From assembly GCF_009914755.1 (NCBI RefSeq), contig NC_060933.1: 64,000 nucleotides of DNA; one strand, written 5' to 3'. A program made the translations under genes and the position numbers. The DNA is from the human T2T-CHM13v2.0 reference genome, Homo sapiens. Below the pieces are notes generated by a model. It was given only the letters and a program-made list of their open reading frames with translations, had not been told where the DNA came from and made no database searches. Shown here one piece after another: positions 15,001 through 29,699 of the stretch; position 1 is the stretch's first letter; each line of letters opens with the position of its first letter.

Positions 15001-18000
15001 GAATACATTGCCTCCTATTCCACTCGGAACGATTCCATTCCATTCCATTCCATTCCATTCCATTCCATTCCATTCCATTCCATTCCATTTCGTTCCATTC
15101 CATTCTATTCCGTATCATTCCATTCCATTCCATTCCATTTCATTCCATTCCATTCCATTCCATTCCATTCCATTCCATTTCATTCCATTCCATTCCATTC
15201 CATTCCATTCCATTGTACTCGGGTTGATTCAATTCCATTGCATTCCGTTCCATTCCATTCCATTCCATTCCGTTGCATTCCATTCCATTACATTCGGATT
15301 GATTCTATTCAACTCCGTTACTCTCCATTCCATTCCATTCCATTCGGGTTGTTCCATTCCATTCCATTCCATTCCACTCCATTACATTGCACTCGGGTTG
15401 ATTCCATTCCATTCCATTCCATTCCATTCCATTCCATTCCGGATGATTCCATTCCATTGCATTCCGTTCCATTACATTCCCCTGCACTCGCGTTGATTCC
15501 ATTCCATTCCATTCCTTTCCATTCCATTCCATTCCATTCCATTCCATTACAATTCGTTCCATTCCATTCTATTCCGTACCATTCCATTCCATTCCATACC
15601 ATTCCATTCCATTCCATTCCATTCCATTCCATTCCATTCTGTTCCGTTCCATTCCGTTCCATTCCATTCCATTCCATTCTATTGGGATTAATTCCATTCC
15701 ATTCCATTCCATTCCATTCCATTCTATTCCATTCCATTGCAATCGAGTTGAATCCATTGCATTTCATTCCATTCCATTCCATTCCATTCCATTCCGGAAG
15801 ATTCCATTCCATTGCATTCCATTCCATTCCATTCCCCTGCACTCGCGTTGATTCCATTCCATTCCATTCCATTCCATTCCGTTCCGTTCCATTCCATTCC
15901 ATTCGATTCCATTCCATTACGTTCCGTTCCATTTCATTCCATTCCAGTCTATTCGGGTTAATTCCATTCCATTCCATTCGATTGCAATCGAGTTGATTCC
16001 ATTCCATTCCATTCCATTCCATTCCATTCCATTCCTTTCCATTCCATTACGGATGATTCCATTCCATTGCATTCCATTCCATTCCATTCCCCTGTACTCG
16101 GGTTGATTCCATTCCATTCCATTCCAATCCATGCCATTCCACTCGTGTTGATTCCGTTCTTTCCATTCCATTCAAGTTGAATCCATTCCATTGCATTCCA
16201 ATCCATTCGATTCTATGCGATTGCACTCGGGTTGATTCCATTCCATTGCATTCCATTCCATTCCATTCCATTCCATTCCATTCCGTTCCATTCCATTCCA
16301 TTACATTCGGATTGATTCTATTCAATTCCCTTACACTCCATTACATTCCATTCCATTCGGGTAGTTTCCATTCCATTCCATTCCATTCCTCTCCATTCCA
16401 TTGCACTCGGGTTGATTCCTTTCCATTGCATTCCATTCCATTCCATTCAATTCCATTCCGTTCCATTCCATTCCATTACATTCGGATTGATTCTATTCAA
16501 CTCCCTTACTCTCCATTCCATTCCATTCCATTCGGGTTGTTCCCTTCCATTCCATTCCATTCCACTCCATTCCATTGCACTCGGGTTGATTCCATTCCAT
16601 TCCATTCCATTCCATTCCATTCCGGAAGATTCCATTCCATTGCATTCCATTCCATTCCATTCCCCTGCACTCGCGTTGATTCCATTCCATTCCATTCTAT
16701 TCCGTTCCATTCCCTTCCTTTCCGTTCCATTCCATTCCATTCCATTCCATTCCATTCCATTCCGTTCCGTTCCATTCCATTCCATTCCATTCTATTCGGG
16801 TCAATTCCATTCCATTCCATTCGATTGCAATCGAGTTGATTCCATTCCATTCCATTCCGTTCCATTCCATTCCATTCCTTTCCATTCCATTACGGATGAT
16901 TCCATTCCATTGCATTGCATTCCATTCCATTCCCCTATACTCGGGTTGATTCCATTCCATTCCATTCCAATCCATGCCATTCCACTCGTGTTGATTCCAT
17001 TCTTTCCATTCCATTCAAGTTGAATCCATTCCATTGCATTCCATTCCATTCGATTCCATTCGATTGCACTCGGGTTGATTCCATTCCATTGCATTCCATT
17101 CCATTCCATTACATTCCATTCCATTCCGTTCAATTCCATTTCATTACATTCAGATTGATTCTATTCAATTCCCTTACACTCCATTATATTCCAATCCATT
17201 CTGGTTGTCTCCATTCCATTCCATTCCATTTCACTCCATTCCATTGCGCTCAGGTTGATTCCATTCCATTCCATTCCATTCCATTCCGGATGATTCCATT
17301 CCATTGCATTCCGTTCCATTACATTCCCCTGCACTCGGGTTGATTCCATTCCATTCCATTCCATTCCATTCGATTCCATTCCATTCCAATTCTTTCCATT
17401 CCATTCTATTCCGTAGCATTCCATTCCATTCCAAACAATTCCATTCCATTCCATTCCACTCCTTTCCGTTCTGTTCTGTTCTGTTCCGTTCCATTCCATT
17501 CCATTCCATTCTATTCGGTTTAATTCCATTCCATTCCATTCCATTCCATTCCATTCCATTCTATTCCATTCCATTGCAATCGAGTTGACTCCATTGCATT
17601 CCATTCCATTCCATTCCATTCCATTCCATTCCATTCCATTCCGGAAGATTCCTTTATATTGCATTCCATTCCATTCCATTCCATTCCATTCCATTCCATT
17701 CCATTCCATTCCATTGTACTCGGGTTCATTCCATTCCATTGCATTGTATTCCATTCCATTCCATTCCATTCCATTCCTTTCCATTCCATTCCATTACATT
17801 CGGATTGATTCTTTTCAACTCCCTTACTCTCCATTACATTCCATTCCATTCGGGTTGTTCCATTCCATTCCATTCCATTCCACTCCATTCCATTGCACTC
17901 GGGTTGATTCCATTCCATTGCATTCCGTTCTATTACATTCCCCTGCACTCGGGTTGATTCCATTCCATTCCTTTCCATTCCATTCGATTCCATTCCATTC

Positions 18001-21000
18001 CCCTACACTCGCGTTGATTCCATTCCATTCCATTCCATTCCATTCCATTCCATTCCATTCCATTCCTTTCCGTTCCATTCCATTCCATTCCATTCCATTC
18101 CATCCCGTTCCGTTCCCTTCCATTGCATTCCATTCTATTCGGGTTAATTCCATTCCATTCCATTCGATTGCAATCGAGTTGATTCCATTCCATTCCATTC
18201 CATTCCATTCCATTCCATTCCAGTCCTTTCCATTCCTTTCCATTCCATTACTGATGATTCCATTGCATTGCATTCAATTCCATTCCATTCCCCTGTACTC
18301 GGGTTGATTCCATTCCATTCCATTGCAATCCATGCCATTCCACTCGTGTTGATTCCATTCTTTCCTTTCCATTCAAGTTGAATCCATTCCATTGCATTCC
18401 ATTCCATTCGATTCCATTCGATTGCACTCGGGTTGATTCCATTCCATTGAATTCCATTCCATTCCATTACATTCCATTCCGTTCCATTCCATTTCATTAC
18501 ATTCAGATTGATTCTATTCAATTCCCTTACACTCCATTATATTCCAATCCATTCTGGTTGTTTCCATTCCATTCCATTCCATTTCACTCCATTCCATTGC
18601 ACTCGGGTTGATTCCATTCCATTCCATTCCACTGTATTCCATTCCATTCCATTCCGGATGATTCCATTCCATTGCATTCCATTCCATTCCATTCCCCTGC
18701 ACTCGGGTTGATTCCATTCCATTCCACTCCATTCCGTTCCATTCCATTCCATTCCATTGTATTCGTGTTAATTCCATTCAATTCCATTCCATTCCATTCC
18801 ATTCCATTCCATTACAATCGAGTTGATTCCATTCCATTCCATTCCATTCCATTCCATTCCATTCCATTCCACTCCATTCCTTTCCATTCTATTCCACTCG
18901 GGTTGATTCCATTCTATTAGTTTCCATTCCATTCCATTCCCTTCCAATCCACTCTGGTTGATTCCATTCCTTTCCATTCCACCCGAATACATTCCCTCCT
19001 ATTCCACTCGGAACGATTCCATTCCATTCCATTCCATTCCATTCCATTCCATTTCGTTCCATTCCATTCTATTCCGTACCATTCCATTCCATTCCATTCC
19101 ATTCCATTCCACTCGTGTTGATTCCATTCCTTTCCGTTCCATTCGGTTTGAAGCCATTCCATTCCATTCAATTCCATTCCATTCCATTCCATTCCATTCC
19201 ATTCCATTCCATTCCATTCCATTTCATTCCATTGTACTCGTGTTGATTCCATTCCATTGCATTCCATTCCATTCCATTCAATCCCATTCCGTTGCATTCC
19301 ATTCCATTACATTCGGATTGATTCTATTCATCTCCCTTACTCTCAATTACATTCCTTTCCATTCGGATTGATTGTATTCAACTCCCTTACACTCCATTAC
19401 ATTCCATTCCATTCGGGTTGTTCCATTCCATTCCATTCCATTCCACTCCATTCCATTCCATTCCACTCCATTCCATTGCACTCGGGTTGATTCCTTTCCA
19501 TTCCATTCCATTCCATTCCATTCCATTCCGGATGATTCCATTCCATTGCATTCCGTTCTATTACATTCCCCTGCACTCGCGTTGATTCCATTCCATTCCA
19601 TTCCATTCCATTCGATTCCATTCCATTACAATTCGTTCCATTCCATTCTATTCCGTACCATTCCATTCCATTCCATACCATTCCATTCCATTCCATTCCA
19701 TTCCATTCCATTCCGTTCCATTCCGTTCCATTCCATTCCATTCCATTCTCTTAGGGTTAATTCCATTCCATTCCATTCCATTCCATTCTATTCCATTCCA
19801 TTGCAATCGAGTTGAATCCATTGCATTCCATTCCATTCCATTCCATTCCGGAAGATTCCATTCCATTGCATTCCATTCCATTCCATTCCCCTGCACTCAC
19901 GTTGATTCCATTCCATTCCATTCCATTCCATTCCATTCCATTCTGTTCCGTTCCATTCCATTCCATTCCATTCCATTCCATTCCGTTACGTTCCATTCCA
20001 TTCCATTCCATTCTATTCGGGTTAATTCCATTCCATTCCATTCGATTGCAATGGAGTTCATTCCATTCCATTCCATTCCATTCCATTCCTTTCCATTCCA
20101 TTACGGATGATTCCATTCCATTGCATTCCATTCCATTCCATTCTCCTGTACTCGGGTTGATTCCATTCCATTCCATTCCAATCCATGCCATTCCACTCGT
20201 GTTGATTCCTTTCTTTCCATTCCATTCAATTTGAATCCATTCCATTGCATTACATTCCATTCGATTCCACTCGATTGCACTCGGGTTGATTCCATTCCAT
20301 TCCATTCCATTCCATTCCATTCCGTTCCGTTCCATTACATTCCATTACATTCGGATTGATTCTATTCAATTCCCTTACACTCCATTACATTCCATTCCAT
20401 TCGGGTAGTTTCCATTCCATTCCATTCCGTTCCTCTCCATTCCATTGCACTCGGGTTGATTCCGTTCCATTCCATTCCATTCCATTCCATTCCATTCCAT
20501 TCCATTCCGGATGATTCCATTCCATTGAATTCCATTCCATTCCATTCCCCTGCACTTGGGTTGATTCCATTCCATTCCATTCCATTCCTTTCCGTTCCAT
20601 TCCATTCCATTCCATTCCATTCTATTCGTGTTAATTCCATTCCATTCTATTCCATTCCATTCCATTGAAATCGAGTTGATTCCATTCCATTCCATTCCTT
20701 TCCATTCCGGATGATTCCATTCCATTGCATTCCATTCCATTCCATTCCCCTGTACTCGGGTTGAATCGATTCCATTCCATTCCATTCCATTCCATTACAT
20801 TCCGTTCCATTCCATTCCATTCCATTCTATTCGGGTTTATTCCATTCCATTCCATTCCACTCCATTCCAGTCCTTTGCATTCCATTCCACTCGGGTTGAT
20901 TCCTTTCTATTCCTTTCCATTCCATTGCATTCCATTGCAATCGAGTTGATTCCATTCGAGTTGAATCCATTCCATTCCATTCCATTCCATTGCATTGCAC

Positions 21001-21060
21001 ACGGGTTCATTCCATTCCATTCCATTCCATTCCATTCCATTCCATTCCATTCCATTCCAT

Positions 21061-21190
21061 TTCATTCCATTCCATTCTATTCCGTACCATTCCATTCCAT
21101 CCCATTCCATTCCATTCCATTCCATTCCATTTCATTCCATTCCATTCTATTCCGTACCATTCCATTCCATCCCATTCCATTCCATTCCAT
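21061..21190 (+). repeat. 70 bp-period tandem duplication
   Basis: TTCATTCCATTCCATTCTATTCCGTACCATTCCATTCCATCCCATTCC starts at both 21061 and 21131. Confidence 0.85.
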
Positions 21191-22780
21191 TCCATGCCAT
21201 TACACTCGGGTTGATTCCATTCCTTTCCATTCCATTCTTGTTGAATCCATTCCATTTCATTCGAATCCATTCCATTGTACTCGGGTTGATTCCATTCCAT
21301 TCCATTCCATTCCATTCCATTCCATTCCATTACATTCGGATTGATTCTATTCAATTTCCTTACACTCCATTACATTCCATTCCATTCGGGATGTTTCCAT
21401 TCCATTCCATTCCATTCCACTCCATTCCATTGCACTCGGGTTGATTGCATTCCATTCCATTCCATTCCATTCCGGATGATTCCATTCCATTGCATTCCAT
21501 TGCATTCCATCCCCCTGCACTCGGGTTGATTACATTCCATTCCATTCCCTTCCATTCCCTTCCATTCCATTCCATTCCATTGCAATCGAGTTGATTCCAT
21601 TCCATTCCATTCCATTCCATTCCATTCCATTCCATTGCATTCCATTCCATTCCATTCCGGATGATTGCATTCCATTGCATTCCATTCCATTCCATTCCCC
21701 TGCACTCGGGTTGATTCCATTCCATTCCACTCCATTCCGTTCCATTCCATTCCATTCCGTTGTATTCGGGTTAATTCCATTCCATTCCATTCCATTCCAT
21801 GCCATTCCATTCCAGTCATTTCCATTCCATTCCACTCGGGTTGGTTCCATTCTATTAGTTTCCATTCCATTCCTTTCCCTTCCATTCCACTCTGGTTGAT
21901 TCCATTCCTTTCCATTCCACTCGAATACATTCCCTCCTATTCCACTCGGAACGATTCCATTCCATTCCATTCCATTCCACTCCATTTCGTTCCATTCCAT
22001 TCTATTCCGTACCATTCCATTCCATTCCTTTCCATTCCATTCCATTCCACTCGTGTTGATTCCATTCCTTTCCATTCCATTCGGTTTGAAGGCATTCCAA
22101 TCCATTCAATTGCATTCCATTCCATTCCATTCCATTCCATTCCATTCCATTCCATTCCATTGTATTCGGGTTGATTCCATTCCATTGCATTCCATTCCAT
22201 TCCATTCCATTCCATTCCGTTGCATTCCATTCCATTACATTCGGATTGATTCTATTCAACTCCCTTACTCTCCATTACATTCCATTCCATTCCGGTTGTT
22301 CCATTCCATTCCATTCCATTCCACTCCATTCCATTGCACTCGGGTTGATTCCATTCCATTCCATTCCATTCCATTCCGGATGATTCCATTCCATTGCATT
22401 CCGTTCCATTACAATCCCCTGCACTCGCGTTGATTCCATTCCATTCCATTCCATTCCATTCAATTCCATTCCATTACAATTCGTTCCATTCCATTCTATT
22501 CCGTATCATTCCATTCCATTCCATAAAATTCCATTCCATTCCATTCCGTTCCATTCCGTTCCATTCCATTCCATTCCATTCTATTCGGTTAATTCCATTC
22601 CATTCCATTCCCTTCCATTCCATTCTATTCCATTCCATTGCAATCGAGTTGAATCCATTGCATTTCATTCCATTCCATTCCATTCCATTCCGGAAGATTC
22701 CATTCCATTGCATTCCATTCCATTCCATTCCCCTGCACTCGCGTTGATTCCATTCCATTCCATTCCATTCCATTCCATTC

Positions 22781-22810
22781 CGTTCCGTTCCGTTCCGTTC
22801 CGTTCCGTTC
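22781..22810 (+). repeat. (CGTTC)6 variant-pentamer microsatellite
   Basis: Six consecutive CGTTC units, read directly. Confidence 0.9.
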
Positions 22811-25800
22811 CATTCCATTCCATTCCATTCCATTCCATTCCGTTCCGATCCATTCCATTCCGTTCCATTCTATTTGGGTTAATTCCATTCCATTCCATTC
22901 GATTGCAATCGAGTTGATTCCATTCCATTCCATTCCATTCCATTCCATTCCATTCCATTCCTTTCCATTCCATTACGGATGATTCCATTCCATTGCATTC
23001 CATTCCATTCCATTCACCTGTACTCGGGTTGATTCCATTGCATTCCATTCCAATCCATGCCATTCCACTCGTGTTGATTCCATTCTTTCCATTCCATTGA
23101 AGTTGAATCCATTCCATTGCATTGCATTCCATTCGATTCCATTCGATTGCACTCGGGTTGATTCCATTCCATTCCATTCCATTCCATTCCATTCCATTCC
23201 GTTCCATTCCATTCCATTACATTCGGATTGATTCTATTCAATTCCCTTACACTCCATTACATTCCATTCCATTCGGGTAGTTTCCATTCCATTCCATTCC
23301 ATTCCTCTCCATTCCATTGCACTCGGGTTGATTCCATTCCATTGCATTCCATTCCATTCCATTCAATTCCATTCCGTTCCATTCCATTCCATTACAATCG
23401 GAATAATTCTATTCAACTCCCTTACTCTCCATTACATTCCATTCCATTCGGGTTGTTCCATTCCATTCCATTCCATTCCACTCCATTCCATTGCACTCGG
23501 GTTGATTCCATTCCATTCCATTCCATTCCATTCCGGAAGATTCCATTCCATTCCATTCCATTCCATTCCATTCCGTTCCTTTCCGTTCCATTCCATTCCA
23601 TTCCATTCCATTCCGTTCCGTTCCGTTCCGTTCCATTCCATTCCATTCCATTCTATTCGGGTTAATTCCATTCCATTCCATTCGATTGCAATCGAGTTGA
23701 TTCCATTCCATTCCATTCCATTCCATTCCATTCCATTCCATTCCTTTCCATTCCATTACGGATGATTCCATTCCATTGCATTGCATTCCATTCCATTCGA
23801 TTCCCCTGTACTCGGGTTGATTCCATTCCATTCCATTCCAATCCATGCCATTCCACTCGTGTTGATTCCATTCTTTCCATTCCATTGAAGTTGAATCCAT
23901 TCCATTGCATTTCATTCCATTCAATTCCCCTGCAGTCGGGTTGATTCCATTCCATTCCATTCCATTCCATTCCATTCCATTCCGTTCCATTTAATTCCAT
24001 TCCATTCTATTCGGGTTAATTCCATTCCATTCCATTCCATTCCATTCCATTCCATTCCATTCCAATCGAGTTGATTCCATTCCATTCCATTCCATTCCAT
24101 TCCACTCCATTCCAGTCCTTTCCATTCCATTACACTCGGGTTGATTCCATTCTATTCCTTTCCATTCCATTCCATTGCATTGCAATCGGGTTGATTCCAT
24201 TGCTTTGCATTCCATTCCATTCCATTCCATTCCGGATGATTCCATTCCATTGCATTCCATTCCATTCCATTCCCCTGCACTCGGGTTGATTCCATTCCAT
24301 TCCACTCCATTCCGCTCCATTCCATTCCATTCCATTGTATTCGGGTTAATTTCATTCCATTGCATTCCATTCCATTCCATTCCATTCCATTCCATTCCAT
24401 TCCATTCCATTTCAATCGAGTTGATTCCATTCCATTCCATTCCATTCCATTCCATTCCTTTCCATTCCTTTCCACTCTGGTTGATTCCATTCTATTAGTT
24501 TCCATTCCATTCCATTCCCTTCCATTCCACTCTGGTTGATTCCATTCCTTTCCATTCCACTCGAATACATTCCCTCCTATTCCACTCGGAACGATTCCAT
24601 TCCATTCCATTCCATTCCATTCCATTCCATTCCATTCCATTCCATTGCGGTTCGTTCGATTCCATTCTATTCCGTACCATTCCATTCCATTCCATTCCTT
24701 TCCATTCCATTCCTTTCCACTCGTGTTGATTCCATTCCTTTCCATTCCATTCGGTTTGAAGGCATTCCATTCCATTCAATTCCATTCCATTCCATTCCAT
24801 TCCATTCCATTCTATTCCATTCCATTGCAATCGAGTTGAACCCATTGCCTTTCATTCCATTCCATTCCATTCCATTCCATTCAAGAAGATTCCATTCCAT
24901 TGCATTCCATTCCATTCCATTCCCCTGCACTCGCGTTGATTCCATTGTATTCCATTCCATTCCATTCCGTTCCGTTCCATTCCATTCCATTCCATTCCAT
25001 TCCGTTCCGTTCCATTCCATTCCATTCCGTTCCGTTCCATTCCATTCCATTCCATTCTATTCGGGTAAATTCCATTCCATTCCATTCGATTGCCATCGAG
25101 TTGATTCCATTCCATTCCATTCCATTCCATTGCAATGGAGTTGATTCCATTCCATTCCATTCCATTCCGGATGATTCCATTCCATTGCATTCCATTCCAT
25201 TCCATTCCCCTGCACTCGTGTTGATTCCATTCCCTTCCATTCCATTCCATTCCGTTCCATTCCATTCCATTCCATTCTATTCCGGTTAATTCCATTCCAT
25301 TCCATTCCATTCCATTGCAATCGAGTTGATTCCATTCCATTCCTTTCCATTCCATTCCATTGCCTTGCATTCCACTCGGGTTGATTCCATTCCCTTCTTT
25401 CCACTCCATTACATTCCCTTCCATGATTGATTCCATTCCATTCCATTCCATTCCATTTCATTCCATTGCAATCCATTCCAATCCATTCCATTCCACTCGA
25501 GTTGACTTCATTCCAATCCTTTCCATTCCATTCCATTCCTTTCCACTCGAGTTGATTCCATTCCATTCCAATCCATTGCATTCCATTCCATGCCATTCCA
25601 CTCGGGTTGATTCCATTCCTTTGCATTCCATTCCATTCATTCCATTCCACTCCATTCCATTGCACTCGGGTTGATTCCATTCCATTCCATTCCATTCCGC
25701 ATGATTCCATTCCATTGCATTCCGTTCCATTACATTCCCCTGCACTCGCGTTGATTCCATTCCATTCCATTCCATTCCATTCAATTCCATTCCATTATAA

Positions 25801-28800
25801 TTCGTTCCATTCCATTCTATTCCGTACCATTCCATTCCATTCCATACCATTCCATTCCATTCCATTCCATTCCATTCCATTCCATTCCATTCCGCTCCAT
25901 TCTGTTCCATTCCATTCCATTCCATTCTATTCGGGTTAATTCCATTCCATTCTATTCCATTCCATTGCAATCGAGTTGAATCCATTGCATTTCATTCCAT
26001 TCCATTGCATTCCATTCCATTCCGGAAGATTCCATTCCATTGCATTCCATTACATTCCATTCCCCTGCACTCGCTTTGATTCCATTCCATTCCATTCCAT
26101 TCCTTTCCATTCCGTTCCGTTCCGTTCCATTCCATTCCATTCCATTCCATTCCATTCCATTCCGTTCCGTTCCATTCCATTCCATTCCATTCTATTCTGG
26201 TTAATTCCATTCCATTCCATGCGATTGCAATCGTGTTGATTCCATTCCATTCCATTCCATTCCATTCCATTCCATTCCATTCCATTCCATTCCTTTCCAT
26301 TCCATTACGGATGATTCCATTCCATTGCATTCCATTCCATTCCATTCCCCTGTACTCGAGTTGATTCCATTCCATTGCATTCCAATGCATGCCCTTCCAC
26401 ACGTGTTGATTCCATTCTTTCCATTCCATTCCATTTGAATCCATTCCATTGCATTCCATTCCATTCGATTCCATTCGATTGCACTCGGGTTGATTCCATT
26501 CCATTGCATTCCATTCCATTCCATTCCATTCCATTCCATTCCGTTCCGTTCCATTCCATTCCATTACATTCGGATTGATTCTATTCAATTCCCTTACACT
26601 CCATTACATTCCATTCCATTCGGGTAGTTTCCATTCCATTCCATTCCATTCCTCTCCATTCCATTGCACTCGGGTTGATTCCATTCCATTCAATTCCATT
26701 CCGTTCCATTCCATTCCATTACATTCGGATTGACTCTATTCAACTCCCTTACTCTCCATTACATTCCATTCCATTCGGGTTGTTCCATTCCATTCCATTC
26801 CATTCCACTCCATTCCATTGCACTCGTGTTTATTCCATTCCATTCCATTCCATTCCATTCCATTCCATTCCGGAAGATTCCATTCCATTGCATTCCATTC
26901 CATTCCATTCCCCTGCACTCGCGTTGATTCCATTCCATTCCATTCCATTCCATTCCATTCCATTCCATTCGATTCCTTTCCGTTCCATTCCATTCCATTC
27001 CATTCCACTCCATTCCATTCCGTTCCGTTCCGTTCCGTTACATTCCATTCCATTCCATTCTATTCGGGTTAATTCCATTCCATTCCATTCGATTGCAATC
27101 GAATTGATTCCATTCCATTCCATTCTATTCTATTCCATTCCATTCCATTCCATTCCATTCCATTCCTTTCCATTCTATTACGGATGATTCCATTCCATTG
27201 CATTCCATTCCATTCCATTCCCCTGTACTCGGGTTGATTCCATTCTATTCCATTCCAATCCATGCCATTCCACTCGTGTTGATTCCATTCTTTCCATTCC
27301 ATTCAAGTTGAATCGATTCCATTGCATTCCATTCCATTCCATTCCCCTGCAATCGGGTTGATTCCATTCCATTCCATTCCATTCCATTCCATTCCATTCC
27401 ATTCCGTTCCGTTCCGTTCCATTCCATTCCATTCCATTCTATTCGGGTTAATTCCATTCCTTTCCATTCCATTCCATTCCATTCCATTCCATTCCATTCC
27501 AATCGAGTTGATTCCATTCCATTCCATTCCATTCCATTCCACTCCATTCCAGTCCTTTCCATTCCATTCCACTCAGGTTGATTCCAATGTATTCCTTTCC
27601 ATTCCATTCCATTCCATTGCAATCGAGTTGATTCCATTGCTTTGCATTCCGTTCCATTCCATTCCATTCCGGATGATTCCATTCCATTGCATTCCATTCC
27701 ATTCCATTCCCCTGCACTCGGGTTGATTCCATTCCATTCAACTCCATTCCGTTCCATTCCATTCCATTCCATTGTATTCGGGTTAATTCCATTCCATTCC
27801 ATTCCATTCCATTCCATTGCATTCCATTCCATTGTAATCGAGTTGATTCCATTCCATTCCTTTCCATTCCATTCCATTGCCTTGCATTCCACTCGGGTTG
27901 ATACCATTCCCTTCTTTCCACTCTATTACATTCCCTTCCATTCCACTCGGAATGATTGATTCCATTCCATTCCATTCCATTTCATTCCATTGCAATCCTT
28001 TCCAATCCATTCCATTCCATTCCATTCCACTCGAGTTGACTTCATTCCATTCCATTCCATTCCATTCCATTCCTTTCCACTCGAGTTGATTCCATTCCAT
28101 TCCATTCCATTGCATTCCATTCCATGCCATTCCACTCGAGTTGATTCCATTCCTTTGCATTCCATTCCATTCCACTCCATTCCATTCCATTCCATTCCGT
28201 TGCATTCCATTCCATTACATTTGGATTGATTCTATTCAACTCCCTTACTGTCCATTACATTCCATTCCATTCGGGTTGTTCCATTACATTCCATTCCATT
28301 CCACTCCATTCCATTGCACTCGGGTTGATTCCATTCCATTCCATTCCATTCCATTCCATTCCATTCCATTCCGGATGATTCCATTCCATTGCATTCCGTT
28401 CCATTACATTCCCCTGCACTCGCGTTGATTCCATTCCATTCCATTCCATTCCATTCAATTCCATTCCATTACAATTCGTTCCATTCCATTCTATTCCGTA
28501 CCATTCCATTCCATTCCATACCATTCCATTCCATTCCATTCCATTCCATTCCATTCCGTTCCATTCCGTTCCATTCCATTCCATTCTATTCGGGTTAATT
28601 CCATTCCATTCCATTCCATTCCATTCTATTCCATTCCATTGCAATCAAGTTGAATCCACTGCATTTCATTCCATTCCATTCCATTCCATTCCATTCCATT
28701 CCATTCCATTCCATTCCATTTCGTTCCATTCCATTCTATTCCGTACCATTCCATTCCATTCCATTCCATTCCAGTCCATTCCATGCCATTCCACTCGTGT

Positions 28801-29699
28801 TGATTCCATTCCTTTCCATTCCATTTGGGTTGAATCCATTCCATTCCATTCCATTCCATTCCATTCGATTCCATTACATTACACTCGGGTTGATTACATT
28901 CCATTCCATTCCATTTCATTCCATTCCATTCCATTCCATTCCATTCCATTCCATTCCATTCCATACCATTCCATTCCATTCCATTCCATGCCATTCCACT
29001 CGGGTTGATTCCATTCCTTTCCATTCCTTTCGAGTTGAACCCATTCCATTCCATTCCATTCCATTCCATTGCACACGGGTTCATTCCATTCCATTCCATT
29101 CCATTCCATTTCGTTCTTTTCCATTCTATTCCGTACCATTCCTTTCCATTCCATTCCATGCCATTCCACTCGGGTTTATTCCATTCCTTTCCATTCCATT
29201 CGTGTTCATTCCGTTCCATTCCCTTCCATTCCATTCGATTCCATTCCATTGCACTCGGGTTGATTCCATTCCATTCCATGCCATTCCATTTCATTCCATT
29301 CCATTCCATTCCATTCCATTCTATTCCGTTCCATTCCATTCAATTACATTCGTATTGATTCTTTTTAATTCCCTTACACTCCATTACATTCCATTCCATT
29401 CGGGTACTTTCCATTCCATTCCATTCCATTCCACTGCATTCTATTGCACTCTGGTTGATTGATTCCATTCCATTGCATTCCATTCCATTCCATTCCCCTG
29501 AACTCGGGTGGATTCCATTCCATTCCATTCCATTCCATTCCTTTCCATTCCATTGCACAAGGGTTGATTCCATTCCATTCCTTTCTGTTCCATTCCGGTT
29601 GACTCCATTCCATTGCATTCCATTCCATTCCATTCCCCTGCACTGGGGTTCATTCCATTCCATTCCATTCCATTCCATTCCACTCTATTCCATTCCATT

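Larger units (their letters stand above)
197..26880. promoter_or_regulatory. Series of 17 perfect three-unit heat-shock elements (TTCnnGAAnnTTC), candidate HSF1 sites
   Basis: 13-mers start at ~197, 2362, 4373, 5531, 6628, 8327, 10963, 13949, 15792, 16620, 17639, 19846, 22688, 23531, 24880, 26020 and 26868. Two imperfect copies lie at ~1204 and ~11801. The match to the inverted nGAAn consensus is seen directly; binding is inferred. Confidence 0.6.
1..28670 (+). repeat. HSat3 sub-domain A (left), a mosaic of ~1 kb modules
   Basis: Recurrent markers are TTCCGGAAGATTCC, CCCCTGCACTCGCGTTG, TACGGATG, CGAATACATTCCCTCC, GGGTTGTTCC and CCATTCTTTCC..CAAGTTGAATC (~597, 1595, 2762, 4919, 6171, 7049, 9921, 14360, 16173, 17016, 18374, 27304). 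The right boundary is approximate. Confidence 0.8.
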
